Notes: generated by a model from the letters alone, not told the origin. A stretch of 64,000 bases of DNA from an uncultured Dehalococcoidia bacterium (GCA_964492335.1 CAZBJX010000011.1:878-64877); one strand, 5' to 3'. Shown: positions 18,651 to 29,498, counted from the first letter of the stretch. Translations and numbers: made by a program.

Positions 18651-18843
18651 TTATTAGATGTACCATGCGACGCTCGAATAGTCAAGCGTTTTTGCTGCCG
18701 TTTTGCACGCAATGGCACCGGTCCCCGGAGATGCCGCGGCAGTCTGTCGCCGGGCCCCGGTGCCAGGCCCTGTGGCGCTACTGCCCGAAGGCTGTACCAA
18801 ATCCCGCGAGCATGGTAGTATGAAGGGCAATTCGGGCCAAGCC

Positions 18844-20526
18844 ATGAACATATTGGGGCTGAACTACTACTTCCATGACTCCTCGGCCTGCCTGGTGGCG
18901 GACGGGAAGATCGCCGTGGCCATCGAAGAGGAGCGGCTGACCCGCCAGAAGCACACCCACGAGTTCCCGGAGAAGGCCATCGCGCGCTGCCTGGCCATGG
19001 CCGGCCTGAAGCCCGCGGACATCGACGCGGTGGCGGTTTCCATCAAGCCCACCAAGAACTGGCCCACAAAGGCCCTCTACGCGCTGGCCCACGCGCCCCA
19101 CGCCAAGCCGTTCGTGGCGCACGAGTTGCTCCAGGGGCGCAACCGGCAGCACATGTTCTGGGACTGGTACCGGGGGACCTGGCCGCAGGGGGGCCCCAGG
19201 GTCTACTTCGTGCCCCACCACGTCGCGCATGCCGCCGGCACGTTCCTGGTCTCGCCCTACGAAGAGGCGGCCATCATCAGCCTGGACGGCTCCGGCGAGT
19301 GGTCCACCTCCTTCATCGGGCGGGGGGCCGGCACCCGGGTGGTCCCCTTCTCCGAGAGCTTCTTCCCCAACTCGCTGGGGTCCTTCTACGAGTCGGCCAC
19401 CCAGTTCTGCGGGTTCCGCCCCAACTACGACGAAGGCAAGACCATGGGACTGGCGCCGTTCGGCGACCCGGAGGTGTTCGGCAAGACAGTGGACCGCATG
19501 GTCACCGTCGATGCCGGCGGCGCCATCAAGGTGGACCTGTCCTATTTCCGGTTCCAGTACAACGAGCCGCGGCGCTTCTCCGCGAAGTTCATGGAGGCCT
19601 TCGGCCCTCCGCGCACCGGGAAGGAGTTCGGGGACAACCACAAGAACGTGGCCGCCGCCTTTCAGAAGGCCCTCGAGGACCGGGCCCTGGAGCTGTGCTC
19701 GCTGGCGAGGCAGAGGACCGGGAGCCGGCACCTCATCATCGCGGGGGGCGTGGCCCTCAACAGCGTGATGAACGGGCGCATCCTGCGCGAGGCCGGATTT
19801 GACGACATCTACGTGATGCCGGCGGCGGGAGACAACGGCACCGCCATCGGCGCCGCCTTTCACGTCTACAACAGCGTACTCAACCATCCCCGGGTGTTCG
19901 TGCACGATGATCCCTATCTGGGGACGTCCTATTCCGATGAGCAGATAGCGAGGGTGCTCAGCGGCTGCAAGCTGCGGGCCGCCCGGCAGGACGACATGGC
20001 GGCAACGGCGGCGCGGCTTCTGGCCGACGGCCAGATCCTGGGCTGGTTCCAGGGCCGCATGGAGATCGGCCCCCGGGCCCTGGGCAACCGCAGCATCCTG
20101 GCCAATCCCACCCTGCCCTACATGAAGGACAAGATCAACGCCGAGGTCAAGCACCGCGAGGCCTTCCGGCCCTTCGCCCCTTCCGTTCCGGTGGAGGACA
20201 AGGACACGTACTTCGACATCATCGGGGAAAGCCCGGTCATGCTCAAGGTCTGCCCGGTCCGCCCGGAGATGCGGCAGTTGCTCCCCGCCATCACCCATGT
20301 CGACGGCTCGGCCAGGCTCCACACCGTCACCCGGGACATCAATCCCCTCTTCCACGACCTGCTGCGCAAGTTCGGCGCCCTGACCGGGACCCCCGTGCTC
20401 CTCGACACCAGCTTCAACATCCAGGGTGAGCCGATCGTGGAGTCGCCGGAGGACGCCATCCGCTGCTTCTTCTCCACAGGCATGGACTCGCTGGCGCTGG
20501 GCAGCTTCCTCATCACCAAGGACTGA
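18844..20526 (+). CDS. NodU/CmcH family carbamoyltransferase (O-carbamoyltransferase)
   Basis: N-terminus MNILGLNYYFHDSSACLV matches the family start; conserved HHxAH (VPHHVAHAAG) and C-terminal YrdC/Kae1-like regions. An alternative ATG at 18820. Confidence 0.85.
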   Translation: MNILGLNYYFHDSSACLVADGKIAVAIEEERLTRQKHTHEFPEKAIARCLAMAGLKPADIDAVAVSIKPTKNWPTKALYALAHAPHAKPFVAHELLQGRNRQHMFWDWYRGTWPQGGPRVYFVPHHVAHAAGTFLVSPYEEAAIISLDGSGEWSTSFIGRGAGTRVVPFSESFFPNSLGSFYESATQFCGFRPNYDEGKTMGLAPFGDPEVFGKTVDRMVTVDAGGAIKVDLSYFRFQYNEPRRFSAKFMEAFGPPRTGKEFGDNHKNVAAAFQKALEDRALELCSLARQRTGSRHLIIAGGVALNSVMNGRILREAGFDDIYVMPAAGDNGTAIGAAFHVYNSVLNHPRVFVHDDPYLGTSYSDEQIARVLSGCKLRAARQDDMAATAARLLADGQILGWFQGRMEIGPRALGNRSILANPTLPYMKDKINAEVKHREAFRPFAPSVPVEDKDTYFDIIGESPVMLKVCPVRPEMRQLLPAITHVDGSARLHTVTRDINPLFHDLLRKFGALTGTPVLLDTSFNIQGEPIVESPEDAIRCFFSTGMDSLALGSFLITKD

Positions 20527-20689
20527 GCGGCGGCCCCCGCCGCGCCCGTCCCGGCCGGCGCTTCGCCGGTCAAGCCGGGGCCGGCCCCCAACAGCCTTCG
20601 TGCTCTGCTGCATGCTCCGGCGCCGCCCGGTAAGACCGAAGCTGCCCGCTGCCCGGCAGCGCCGCCCGTTGTTGCCCGGCTGCGCCGTC

Positions 20690-20730
20690 TTGACAGACCG
20701 GCCCGCCAGTAGTACATTTGTACTATAATT
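20690..20730 (+). promoter_or_regulatory. lexA promoter (TTGACA-N17-TACATT, plus downstream TATAAT) with overlapping SOS operator
   Basis: TTGACA at 20690-20695. Perfect palindrome TAGTAC-ATTT-GTACTA at 20710-20725 overlapping the -10, 25 nt upstream of the lexA ATG. Matches the RGTAC-N3-DGTWCB class of LexA boxes. Confidence 0.6.
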
Positions 20731-20750
20731 GATGCGATGAAGGCGGCGCC

Positions 20751-21416
20751 ATGGCCCGGGCATCCCTGAGACGGCAGCAGATACTGAGCTTCATCCGAGA
20801 GTTCATAGAGCGGAAGGGGTATCCCCCCACGGTGAGAGACATCCTGCGCAGCTGCCGCATCAGCTCCCCGGCGGTGGTGCAGCACCACCTCAAGGTGCTG
20901 GAGGGGCAGGGCCACATCAGCCGTGAGCCCGGCATCCGCCGCAGCATCACCCTGGCCGGCAGGCCCGGGCGCGCGGCCAGGGTCCCCCTCCTGGGGCAGA
21001 TTGCGGCGGGCCAGCCCATACCGGTGCCGCAGCCGGACTCCTGGCACGAGGAGCCCCTGGAGATGCTGGAGGTCCCGGCCGGCCTGGCCCCCGGAGGAGG
21101 CGCGCCTGCCGGCGGCGTCTACGCCCTGCAGGTGAAGGGGCAGTCCATGATCGACACCCTCATCGATGATGGCGATATCGTCATCATGCAGGCCGCCAGC
21201 ACCGTCAACAACGGTGAAACGGCGGCGGTGTGGCTCAGGGCGGAGCAGGAGGTCACCCTGAAAAGGGTCTACCGCGAGCGCGGGCGCGTCCGCCTGCAGC
21301 CGGCCAACAGCCAGATGGAGCCCACGTACCACGACCCGGAGAACGTAGAGGTCCGGGGAAGGGTCATCGGCGTCATCCGGGCCCTCGCAGGGCCGGCCCG
21401 GGCCGCCCTTCTCTAA
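20751..21416 (+). CDS. lexA: LexA repressor (S24 peptidase)
   Basis: N-terminal winged HTH (TVRDILRSCRISSPAVVQHHLKVLEGQGHI), Ala-Gly cleavage region, Ser/Lys catalytic dyad region (VKGQSMID ... LKRV). Confidence 0.9.
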   Translation: MARASLRRQQILSFIREFIERKGYPPTVRDILRSCRISSPAVVQHHLKVLEGQGHISREPGIRRSITLAGRPGRAARVPLLGQIAAGQPIPVPQPDSWHEEPLEMLEVPAGLAPGGGAPAGGVYALQVKGQSMIDTLIDDGDIVIMQAASTVNNGETAAVWLRAEQEVTLKRVYRERGRVRLQPANSQMEPTYHDPENVEVRGRVIGVIRALAGPARAALL

Positions 21417-21437
21417 GCCCGCATCCAGGAAACCAGG

Positions 21438-22655
21438 ATGGAAGTCCTCTGTCTCTTCATTCCCCACCCGCCGCCGGGGGAGGCGCGGCCCGGGGCCGCC
21501 GGCAAGCCCGGCCATCGAGATGCCGGCCCGGCGCAAGCCGCGCCGCGGCCCGTGGCCGCCGGCCCCCTCCCCGGAGAAAGCGGTGGCGCCCGGTCCTTCG
21601 AGGCGGTGCTGGACATACTGGACCGCTTCAGCCCCGCCGTGGAGGCGGGGGCCCCGGGCAAAGTGTTCCTCGACGTCACCGGCTCCCGGAAGCTGTACGG
21701 GCCCGCCGCCAGCCTGGCGGACCTGGTCACCCGGGAGGTGCTGCGGGGGTCCGGGCTCCGCTCCCGGGCCGCGGTGGCCGGCGGCAAGTTTGTGGCCGGA
21801 GTGGCCGCGCCCCTGGCCACCGCGGGCCCGCTGGTAGTGCCCCCCGGCCAGGAGAAGCAGTTCCTGGCGCCTCTCCCCGTAGAGCTTCTGCCCGTGTCCC
21901 CGCAGGCCCTGTCCTGGCTCCGGCGGCTGGGACTGCGCCGCCTGGGCCAGGTGGCCGCCCTGCCGGAGAACGCCCTGGCCGGCCAACTGGGCGCGGAAGG
22001 TGTGACCGCCTACCGCCTGGCCAGCGGGATAGACCTGGCGCCGGTGATACCCCGGCCCCGGCCGGACGTCCTGGAGGAAACGCTTTCCTTCGAGGCGCCT
22101 CCGGAGAGCCTGGGGGCCCTGCTGGCCGCCCTGGACAGGCTGCTGGACCGGCTGGTGCCCCTGCTCCGGAAGCGATACCAGGTCTGCAGCCAGATCAGGC
22201 TGTGTTTCATCCTCGATGCCGCCGCGCCCAGCGCGGCCGGCCCCGGCGCCGTCGAGCCAGGCAGAGCCCGTTCCGACGGCGTCCGGCCGCGGCCGGACAG
22301 CGTGAACCTGAAGACGCCCCTGGACTCCAAGCCCGAGATCCTGGGGGTCCTGAAACGCCACCTGGAGGCCGCCGCCTTCCCGGAAGGAATGTCCGGGGTC
22401 CGCCTGTCCCTGGCCCGGCTGGGCGGCGAGGCAGGCCGGCAGGCGCCCCTCTCATCAGCCGCCAGGAGGCGCCAGGCGGAGGCCCTGCAGCGCCTGGAGA
22501 AGGACCTGGGGGCCCGGTTCGGGCCGGGATCCCTGAAGAAGGTGGTGGCCCTGGACCCCGGCTCCCGCATACCGGAGCGCCGCATGGCCCTGGTGGACGC
22601 CGCCGTCGAGCCTCCGGGGCAAAGGGATCAGGGGCAGCCAGGGCATGGGGCATAG
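21438..22655 (+). CDS. imuB: ImuB-like inactive Y-family DNA polymerase homologue
   Basis: Y-family little-finger/thumb-like region (VFLDVTGSRKLYGP) but lacks the N-terminal catalytic acidic residues. Lies 21 nt downstream of lexA and upstream of dnaE2. Confidence 0.65.
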   Translation: MEVLCLFIPHPPPGEARPGAAGKPGHRDAGPAQAAPRPVAAGPLPGESGGARSFEAVLDILDRFSPAVEAGAPGKVFLDVTGSRKLYGPAASLADLVTREVLRGSGLRSRAAVAGGKFVAGVAAPLATAGPLVVPPGQEKQFLAPLPVELLPVSPQALSWLRRLGLRRLGQVAALPENALAGQLGAEGVTAYRLASGIDLAPVIPRPRPDVLEETLSFEAPPESLGALLAALDRLLDRLVPLLRKRYQVCSQIRLCFILDAAAPSAAGPGAVEPGRARSDGVRPRPDSVNLKTPLDSKPEILGVLKRHLEAAAFPEGMSGVRLSLARLGGEAGRQAPLSSAARRRQAEALQRLEKDLGARFGPGSLKKVVALDPGSRIPERRMALVDAAVEPPGQRDQGQPGHGA

Positions 22656-22706
22656 AGGCGCCGCGGCACAGGATCAGGAAGGCCGTACAGGAGGGGCCCG
22701 ACAGCC

Positions 22707-22955
22707 ATGGTCACGCCGCTCAATGTCCCCAGGGAGATACGCGTTGCCGCCGCCGGCGACGGCTGCCCGGTCTCCGTCCGCATCGCCGGCCGGCAGCGGC
22801 GGGTGGCCCGCATCAGCAACCAGTGGCGCATAGACGACGAGTGGTGGCGCCAGGAGATATCCCGCCGTTACTTCGAGCTGGAGCTCGGGGACGGCTTGGT
22901 GATCACCGTATTTGAGGACCTGGTCTCGGGGCGCTGGTACCAGCAAAGGCTCTAG
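22707..22955 (+). CDS. small conserved protein (82 aa) between imuB and dnaE2, unknown function
   Basis: ATG at 22707 with CAGGAGGGG RBS. Stop TAG at 22953-22955 lies 2 nt before the dnaE2 ATG. Basic/aromatic-rich sequence (WRIDDEWWRQEISRRYFELELGDG). Confidence 0.5.
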   Translation: MVTPLNVPREIRVAAAGDGCPVSVRIAGRQRRVARISNQWRIDDEWWRQEISRRYFELELGDGLVITVFEDLVSGRWYQQRL

Positions 22956-22957
22956 CC

Positions 22958-25900
22958 ATGTATGCCGAGCTGCACTGCCACAGCAACTTCTCCTTCCTGG
23001 ACGGGGCCTCCCATCCGGAGGACCTGGTCTCCCGGGCGAAGGAGCTGGGCCTGCCCGCCCTGGCCCTCACCGACCACGACGGGCTGTACGGCCTGGTCAA
23101 GTTCCGCAACGCCGCCCGGGAGCAGGGCATCAGCGCTATAACCGGCGCGGAGATGACGCTGGACGGCGGCAGCCACCTCACCCTGCTCGCCCGGGATGCC
23201 GCCGGCTACTCCAACCTCTGCCGGCTGATCAGCCACGCCCAGCTGGGCCACGGCAAGGGCCGGGCATCCCTGGACCCGGGCCTGCTGGAGAAGCACTCCG
23301 ATGGCCTCTTCTGCCTCTCCGGGTGCCGGAAGGGACAGGTCTCCCGGCTGATGCTCGCCGGCCGGAGAGAGGAGGCCGCCGCGGCCGCCCGCCGCTACCG
23401 CGGCATCTTCGGCCCCCGCTTCTACATCGAGCTGCAGAACAACCTCTGCCCCGAGGACCGGCGGCTGTGCCGCGGCCTGGCAGAGCTGGCCCGAGACCTG
23501 GGCATCGGCTGCGTGGCCACCAACAACGTGCACTACGCCCGCAGGGAAGACCACCGCCTGCAGGATGTCCTGGTCTGCATCCGCAACCGCAGCACCCTGG
23601 ATGCCTCCCACCACCTGCGGCGGCCCAACTCCGAGTGCCACCTGAAGCCCGGCCAGGAGATGGCCCGGCTCTTCAGGGACTACCCCGCGGCCCTGGCCAA
23701 CACCCTGCGGATAGCCGGGGCCTGCAGCCTCGATCTCGACCTGTCCGGCCACCGTTTCCCGGACTTCCCGGCGCCGCCGGGGGAGACCGCCGACAGCTTC
23801 CTGGAGAAGCTCTGCCGGGAGCAAGCGGCCCGGAGGTATCAGCCGCTGACGCAGGAGGTGGAGCGGCGGCTCTCCGAGGAGCTGCGCCTGGTGCGGCAGC
23901 TGGGGCTGGCCGGCTACTTCCTCACCGTGTGGGACATCATGGAATACGCCCGGGGAAACGACATCCCGGCCCAGGGCCGGGGATCGGCGGCCAGCTCCAT
24001 CGTGACCTACCTCCTGGGGGTCACCCGGGTCGACCCGGTGGCCCAGAGGCTGTTCGCCGGCCGCTTCCTCAACGACGAGATGTCGGCCATGCCGGACATA
24101 GACATAGACATCGCCTCCGACCGGGAAGACCACAGGGAGAAGCTCCTACAGTACATCTACCGCAGGCACGGGCCGGGCCAGGCGGCCATGCTGTGCAACG
24201 TGGTGACTTACCGGGCGCGCAGCGCCGTCCGGGAGGTGGGCAAGGCCATGGGCCTGCCGCCGGACCTGCTGGACCGGATGGCCCGGTCGCTGGACGCGTG
24301 CTCCGCGGTCAACATAGATGAAAGGCTGCCCGGGATGGCCGAGCTCCGGGAGGCCATGGGCTCCCGGGCCGGGGAGCAGTTCCTGGATATCTGCCGCCAG
24401 ATAGCGGGCTTCCCCCGTCACCTGGGCATTCACGTGGGGGGGATGATCATCTCCTCCAGCTCCTTGAGCGACATCGTGCCCCTGGAGAAGGCCTCCATGC
24501 CGGGCCGCGTGGTGACCCAGTGGGACAAGGACGACATCAGCGACATCGGCCTGATCAAGATCGACCTCCTGGGCCTGCGCATGCTCTCCCTCATCCACGA
24601 GGCGGTCAGGCTGGCCCGGGAAAGCGGCGGCCCCGGGGCGTCCCCGGACCTCGACCTTGACCATCTTCCCCTGGACGACCCCCGCGTCTATGACATGCTG
24701 TGCCGGGGCGACACCCTGGGCGTGTTCCAGGTGGAGTCCCGGGCCCAGCAGGCCACCCTGCCCCGCTCCCGGCCCCGCTGCTTCGAGGACCTGGTGGCCG
24801 AGGTGGCCATCATCCGCCCCGGCCCCATCCAGGGCAACGCCGTCCACCCCTACCTGGCCCGCCGCCAGGGGAAGGAGAAGGTGAGCTATCTCCACCCGGG
24901 CCTGGAGCCGGTGCTCCGGGAGACCCTGGGCGTCATCATCTACCAGGAGCAGGTGATCCAGGTGGCCATGGCCATCGCCGGCTTCACCCCCGGCCAGGCG
25001 GACTGGCTGCGCCGGGCCATGAGCCGCAAGCGCTCCCGGGAGGCCATGGAGCGCCTCCGGAGCAGCTTCCTGGAAGGCGCCCGCAGCAACGGCATAGAGG
25101 GGGCGGTGGCGGAGGCGGCCTTCCGGCAGATCGCCAGCTTCGCCGAGTTCGGCTTCTGCAAGGCCCACGCGGCGGCCCTGGCCGAGACCACCTATCGCTC
25201 CGCCTGGCTGAAGCTCTACTACCCCGGCCAATACTACTGCGCCCTGCTCAACTGCCAGCCCATGGGCTTCTACTCGCCCCACGTCATCGTCAACCAGGCC
25301 AGGCGCGAGGGGATCGGGGTGCTCCCGGCAGACATAAACCTCAGCCGGGGCCGGTGCACCCTGGAGGGAGGCGGGATCAGGCTGGGCTTTCGTTATGTCA
25401 AAACCGTGGGGGAGAAGGCCTGGCAGCGGATCGAGCAAGAGCGGGGGTCGGAGCTGCCGGCCGGGCCGTGCCCGGCCGGGCGCGAGGCGGCTGCCGGGGG
25501 CCCAGTGGCCACCCCCGGGCGCCCGTATGCCTCCCTGGAGGACTTCCTCACCCGGACCGGGCTGGACCGGGAGGCCGTGGAGAACCTCATCATGGTGGGG
25601 GCCTTCGACTCCCTCGGCACGCCCCGGCGGCAGCTGCTCTGGCAGCTGGGGGCCCTGGTGCGGCAGCCGCCCGGCGCCGTCCCGCTCCCGTGGACGGCGC
25701 CGGCAGTGGAGCTGCCCCGAATGACGCTCCGGGACAGAGTGGCCGCCGACTACCAGGTCCAGGGGCTCTCGGCCAGCCACCACCCCATGGAGGTGCTGCG
25801 CTCCGGGGTCAGCGGCAAGGTGACCCCGGCCCACGACATAGCCTCGGTCCCTTCCGGGTCCCGGGTGAGGGTGGCCGGATGCGTGGTCTGCCGACAGGCG

Positions 25901-26161
25901 CCACGCACGGCCAAAGGGCACGTCTTCCTCACCCTGGAGGACGAGACCGGGCTGGTCAATATCATCCTGCGGCCCGGGGTCTACGAGCGGTACCGCCAGG
26001 CCGCCCGGCTGGAGCCCGCCATTGTGGTGGAGGGGACCCTGCAGAAGCATGACGGCGTGGTCAACATCATAGCCCGGCGGCTCCAGCCTGTGCCCCGCCG
26101 GGACGCGCAGGAGGGGCCTCCCCCGCCGATGCCCCCCGGCCTGGCCCACGATTTCCGCTGA
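22958..26161 (+). CDS. dnaE2: error-prone DNA polymerase DnaE2 (ImuC), PolIII alpha paralogue
   Basis: N-terminal PHP domain MYAELHCHSNFSFLDGAS; full-length C-family polymerase (1067 aa) without beta/tau-binding elaboration. In a lexA-imuB cassette. Confidence 0.9.
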   Translation: MYAELHCHSNFSFLDGASHPEDLVSRAKELGLPALALTDHDGLYGLVKFRNAAREQGISAITGAEMTLDGGSHLTLLARDAAGYSNLCRLISHAQLGHGKGRASLDPGLLEKHSDGLFCLSGCRKGQVSRLMLAGRREEAAAAARRYRGIFGPRFYIELQNNLCPEDRRLCRGLAELARDLGIGCVATNNVHYARREDHRLQDVLVCIRNRSTLDASHHLRRPNSECHLKPGQEMARLFRDYPAALANTLRIAGACSLDLDLSGHRFPDFPAPPGETADSFLEKLCREQAARRYQPLTQEVERRLSEELRLVRQLGLAGYFLTVWDIMEYARGNDIPAQGRGSAASSIVTYLLGVTRVDPVAQRLFAGRFLNDEMSAMPDIDIDIASDREDHREKLLQYIYRRHGPGQAAMLCNVVTYRARSAVREVGKAMGLPPDLLDRMARSLDACSAVNIDERLPGMAELREAMGSRAGEQFLDICRQIAGFPRHLGIHVGGMIISSSSLSDIVPLEKASMPGRVVTQWDKDDISDIGLIKIDLLGLRMLSLIHEAVRLARESGGPGASPDLDLDHLPLDDPRVYDMLCRGDTLGVFQVESRAQQATLPRSRPRCFEDLVAEVAIIRPGPIQGNAVHPYLARRQGKEKVSYLHPGLEPVLRETLGVIIYQEQVIQVAMAIAGFTPGQADWLRRAMSRKRSREAMERLRSSFLEGARSNGIEGAVAEAAFRQIASFAEFGFCKAHAAALAETTYRSAWLKLYYPGQYYCALLNCQPMGFYSPHVIVNQARREGIGVLPADINLSRGRCTLEGGGIRLGFRYVKTVGEKAWQRIEQERGSELPAGPCPAGREAAAGGPVATPGRPYASLEDFLTRTGLDREAVENLIMVGAFDSLGTPRRQLLWQLGALVRQPPGAVPLPWTAPAVELPRMTLRDRVAADYQVQGLSASHHPMEVLRSGVSGKVTPAHDIASVPSGSRVRVAGCVVCRQAPRTAKGHVFLTLEDETGLVNIILRPGVYERYRQAARLEPAIVVEGTLQKHDGVVNIIARRLQPVPRRDAQEGPPPPMPPGLAHDFR

Positions 26162-26269
26162 CAAGGCGGGCCGGAGGGCAGCCGCTGTGCCTCCCGCTTC
26201 AGGCGGGGCGGCGCCGCGGCAGGGCCGGCCGTGCTAGAATCGGGCCAGGCCCCGGGGAAGACGCCGCAA

Positions 26270-27163
26270 ATGGACCAGATACTGATCGGCACCTGCTCCT
26301 GGACGGACCCCACCCTGGTCCGGTCGGGGCGCTTCTACCCGGCCGGGGCCAGGTCGGCCGAGGACAGGCTGCGGCACTACGCCAGCTGCTTCGACCTGGT
26401 GGAGGTGGACAGCAGCTACTACTCCCTGCCCGCCGAGCAGACGGCGCTGCTGTGGGCCCGGCGCACCGGCGCCGGCTTCACCTTCGACGTGAAGGCCTTC
26501 AGGCTGTTCACCCTGCACCCCACGCCGCCGACGGCCCTGCCCCGGGACATCCTGGCCTCCCTCCCCCCGGGCCTGCAGGGCAAGGCCAGCCTCTACCAGC
26601 GGGACCTGCCCCGGCCCATCACTGACGAGCTCTGGCGCCGCTTCGAAAGGGCGCTCCTCCCGCTGGACAGCGCCGGCAAGCTGGGCACCGTCCTCTTCCA
26701 GTTCCCGCCGTGGTACCTGCCCGGAGACCAGCAGCGACACTACATCCTCTCCTGCCGGGACAGGATGGCCGGGTACCGCATCGCCGTGGAGTTCCGGCAT
26801 GGCTCGTGGGTCAACGAGCAGAACCGCGAGGGGACCTTCGCCTTCCTGCAGGACAACAACCTGCCCTATGTCTGCGTGGACGGGCCCCAGGGGTTCGAGT
26901 CCAGCATGCCGGCGCTGGCCCAGGCCACCTCCGACATAGCGATGGTGCGCTTCCACGGCCGCAACCGCGACACCTGGGAGAAGCCGGGGCTGACCAGCGC
27001 CGAGCGCTTCAACTACCTCTACACTGAGGACGAGCTCGCGAGCTGGGCCCCCCGCATCAAGGGCATGGCCGAAAACGTCCGGCAGTGCCATGTCCTCTTC
27101 AACAACTGCCACGAGGACAAGGCGGTGGTCAACGCCCGCCAGATGAAGCTGCTGCTGGACTGA
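26270..27163 (+). CDS. DUF72 (YecE-like, UPF0759) family protein
   Basis: ATG at 26270 (MDQILIGTCSWTD). TAGAAT -10-like hexamer at 26236-26241. Family signature GTCSW...FHG. Confidence 0.75.
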   Translation: MDQILIGTCSWTDPTLVRSGRFYPAGARSAEDRLRHYASCFDLVEVDSSYYSLPAEQTALLWARRTGAGFTFDVKAFRLFTLHPTPPTALPRDILASLPPGLQGKASLYQRDLPRPITDELWRRFERALLPLDSAGKLGTVLFQFPPWYLPGDQQRHYILSCRDRMAGYRIAVEFRHGSWVNEQNREGTFAFLQDNNLPYVCVDGPQGFESSMPALAQATSDIAMVRFHGRNRDTWEKPGLTSAERFNYLYTEDELASWAPRIKGMAENVRQCHVLFNNCHEDKAVVNARQMKLLLD

Positions 27164-27198
27164 CGGCCGTCCCGGCCCCCCGGCGCATCCCTGACCGG

Positions 27199-27999
27199 CT
27201 AGAGCGCCCGGGCCAGACGGCGCAGGAACTCCGGCATCTCTGCCGGTGAGCTCAAGAAGAAACGGGCCGCCGTCTCACGGCCGGGCCCGCCGACGAACAC
27301 CGAGACCCCCCCGCCGGCGTTCACCACCCGGAAGCCGCCTTCGTCCGTCAGATCGTCCCCCACGAAAAAGGTCACCCCGGCCGCCCGCTCTCCCGCGGGG
27401 GCCCAGCAGGCCACCAGGAGCGCTATGGCGTCTTCCTTGCCCCAGACCACGTCGGGACGCACCTCGTAGACCTTCTTCCCCTCGGTGGTCCTGATCTTGC
27501 CCCTCTCGCGCCACCCGCGGACGGTCTGCTCGCAGGTCTTCTTCAGCTCTTCGACACGGTCATCCGGCACCAGCCGGTAGTGCACGCTCAGCGTGAGGCC
27601 CTTGTCCTCAATCAGCACGCCCTCGAAGCCCTCCAGCGCCTTCCTGAGGGCCAGGTACGCCCGGTGCACAGCCGGCCTCAGGGCCTTCGCCGGAGGGTAG
27701 ACGAACTTCAGGTCCGGCCCCCTTATCTCCAGGCCATGATTGCCGGCATAGGTGATGCCTGGGAGGCCCACCCTGCTGCTTATGTCAGGGAGGGAGCGGC
27801 CGCTGATCACCGCCACCCCCACCTTCAGGTTGGAGGAGAGGGCCTGCAGCGCCAGCCTGGTGCTCTCGGGCAGGACCGCCTCTTCCGGCCGCCCGGCGAT
27901 GGGGGACAGCGTCCCGTCGAAGTCCGTCAGCAGCACCACCTGGCCGGCGCCGCCGGTGCGCCGGGCTATCCCGGGCCACGCGGAGAACAGATGGTCCAC
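27199..27999 (-). CDS. otsB: trehalose-6-phosphate phosphatase (HAD superfamily)
   Basis: HAD motif I LLTDFDGTL, motif GDDLTDE. GTG start. Located 3 nt downstream of otsA. Confidence 0.8.
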   Translation of the reverse strand: MDHLFSAWPGIARRTGGAGQVVLLTDFDGTLSPIAGRPEEAVLPESTRLALQALSSNLKVGVAVISGRSLPDISSRVGLPGITYAGNHGLEIRGPDLKFVYPPAKALRPAVHRAYLALRKALEGFEGVLIEDKGLTLSVHYRLVPDDRVEELKKTCEQTVRGWRERGKIRTTEGKKVYEVRPDVVWGKEDAIALLVACWAPAGERAAGVTFFVGDDLTDEGGFRVVNAGGGVSVFVGGPGRETAARFFLSSPAEMPEFLRRLARAL

Positions 28000-28002
28000 C
28001 CG

Positions 28003-29484
<1,482 letters not shown>

Positions 29485-29498
29485 GGTCTCCTTGCCAG

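Noticed and set aside
20596-20680. Short direct repeats GCGCCGCCCGGT / GCGCCGCCCGTT upstream of lexA
   Set aside because: Only about 12 nt, imperfect, and typical of GC-rich low-complexity sequence. No evidence of function.
26162-26269. Possible terminator hairpin after dnaE2 (GGAGGGCAGCCGCTGTGCCTCC)
   Set aside because: Imperfect stem and no U-tract. It more likely just sits in the promoter region of the DUF72 gene (TAGAAT at 26236-26241).
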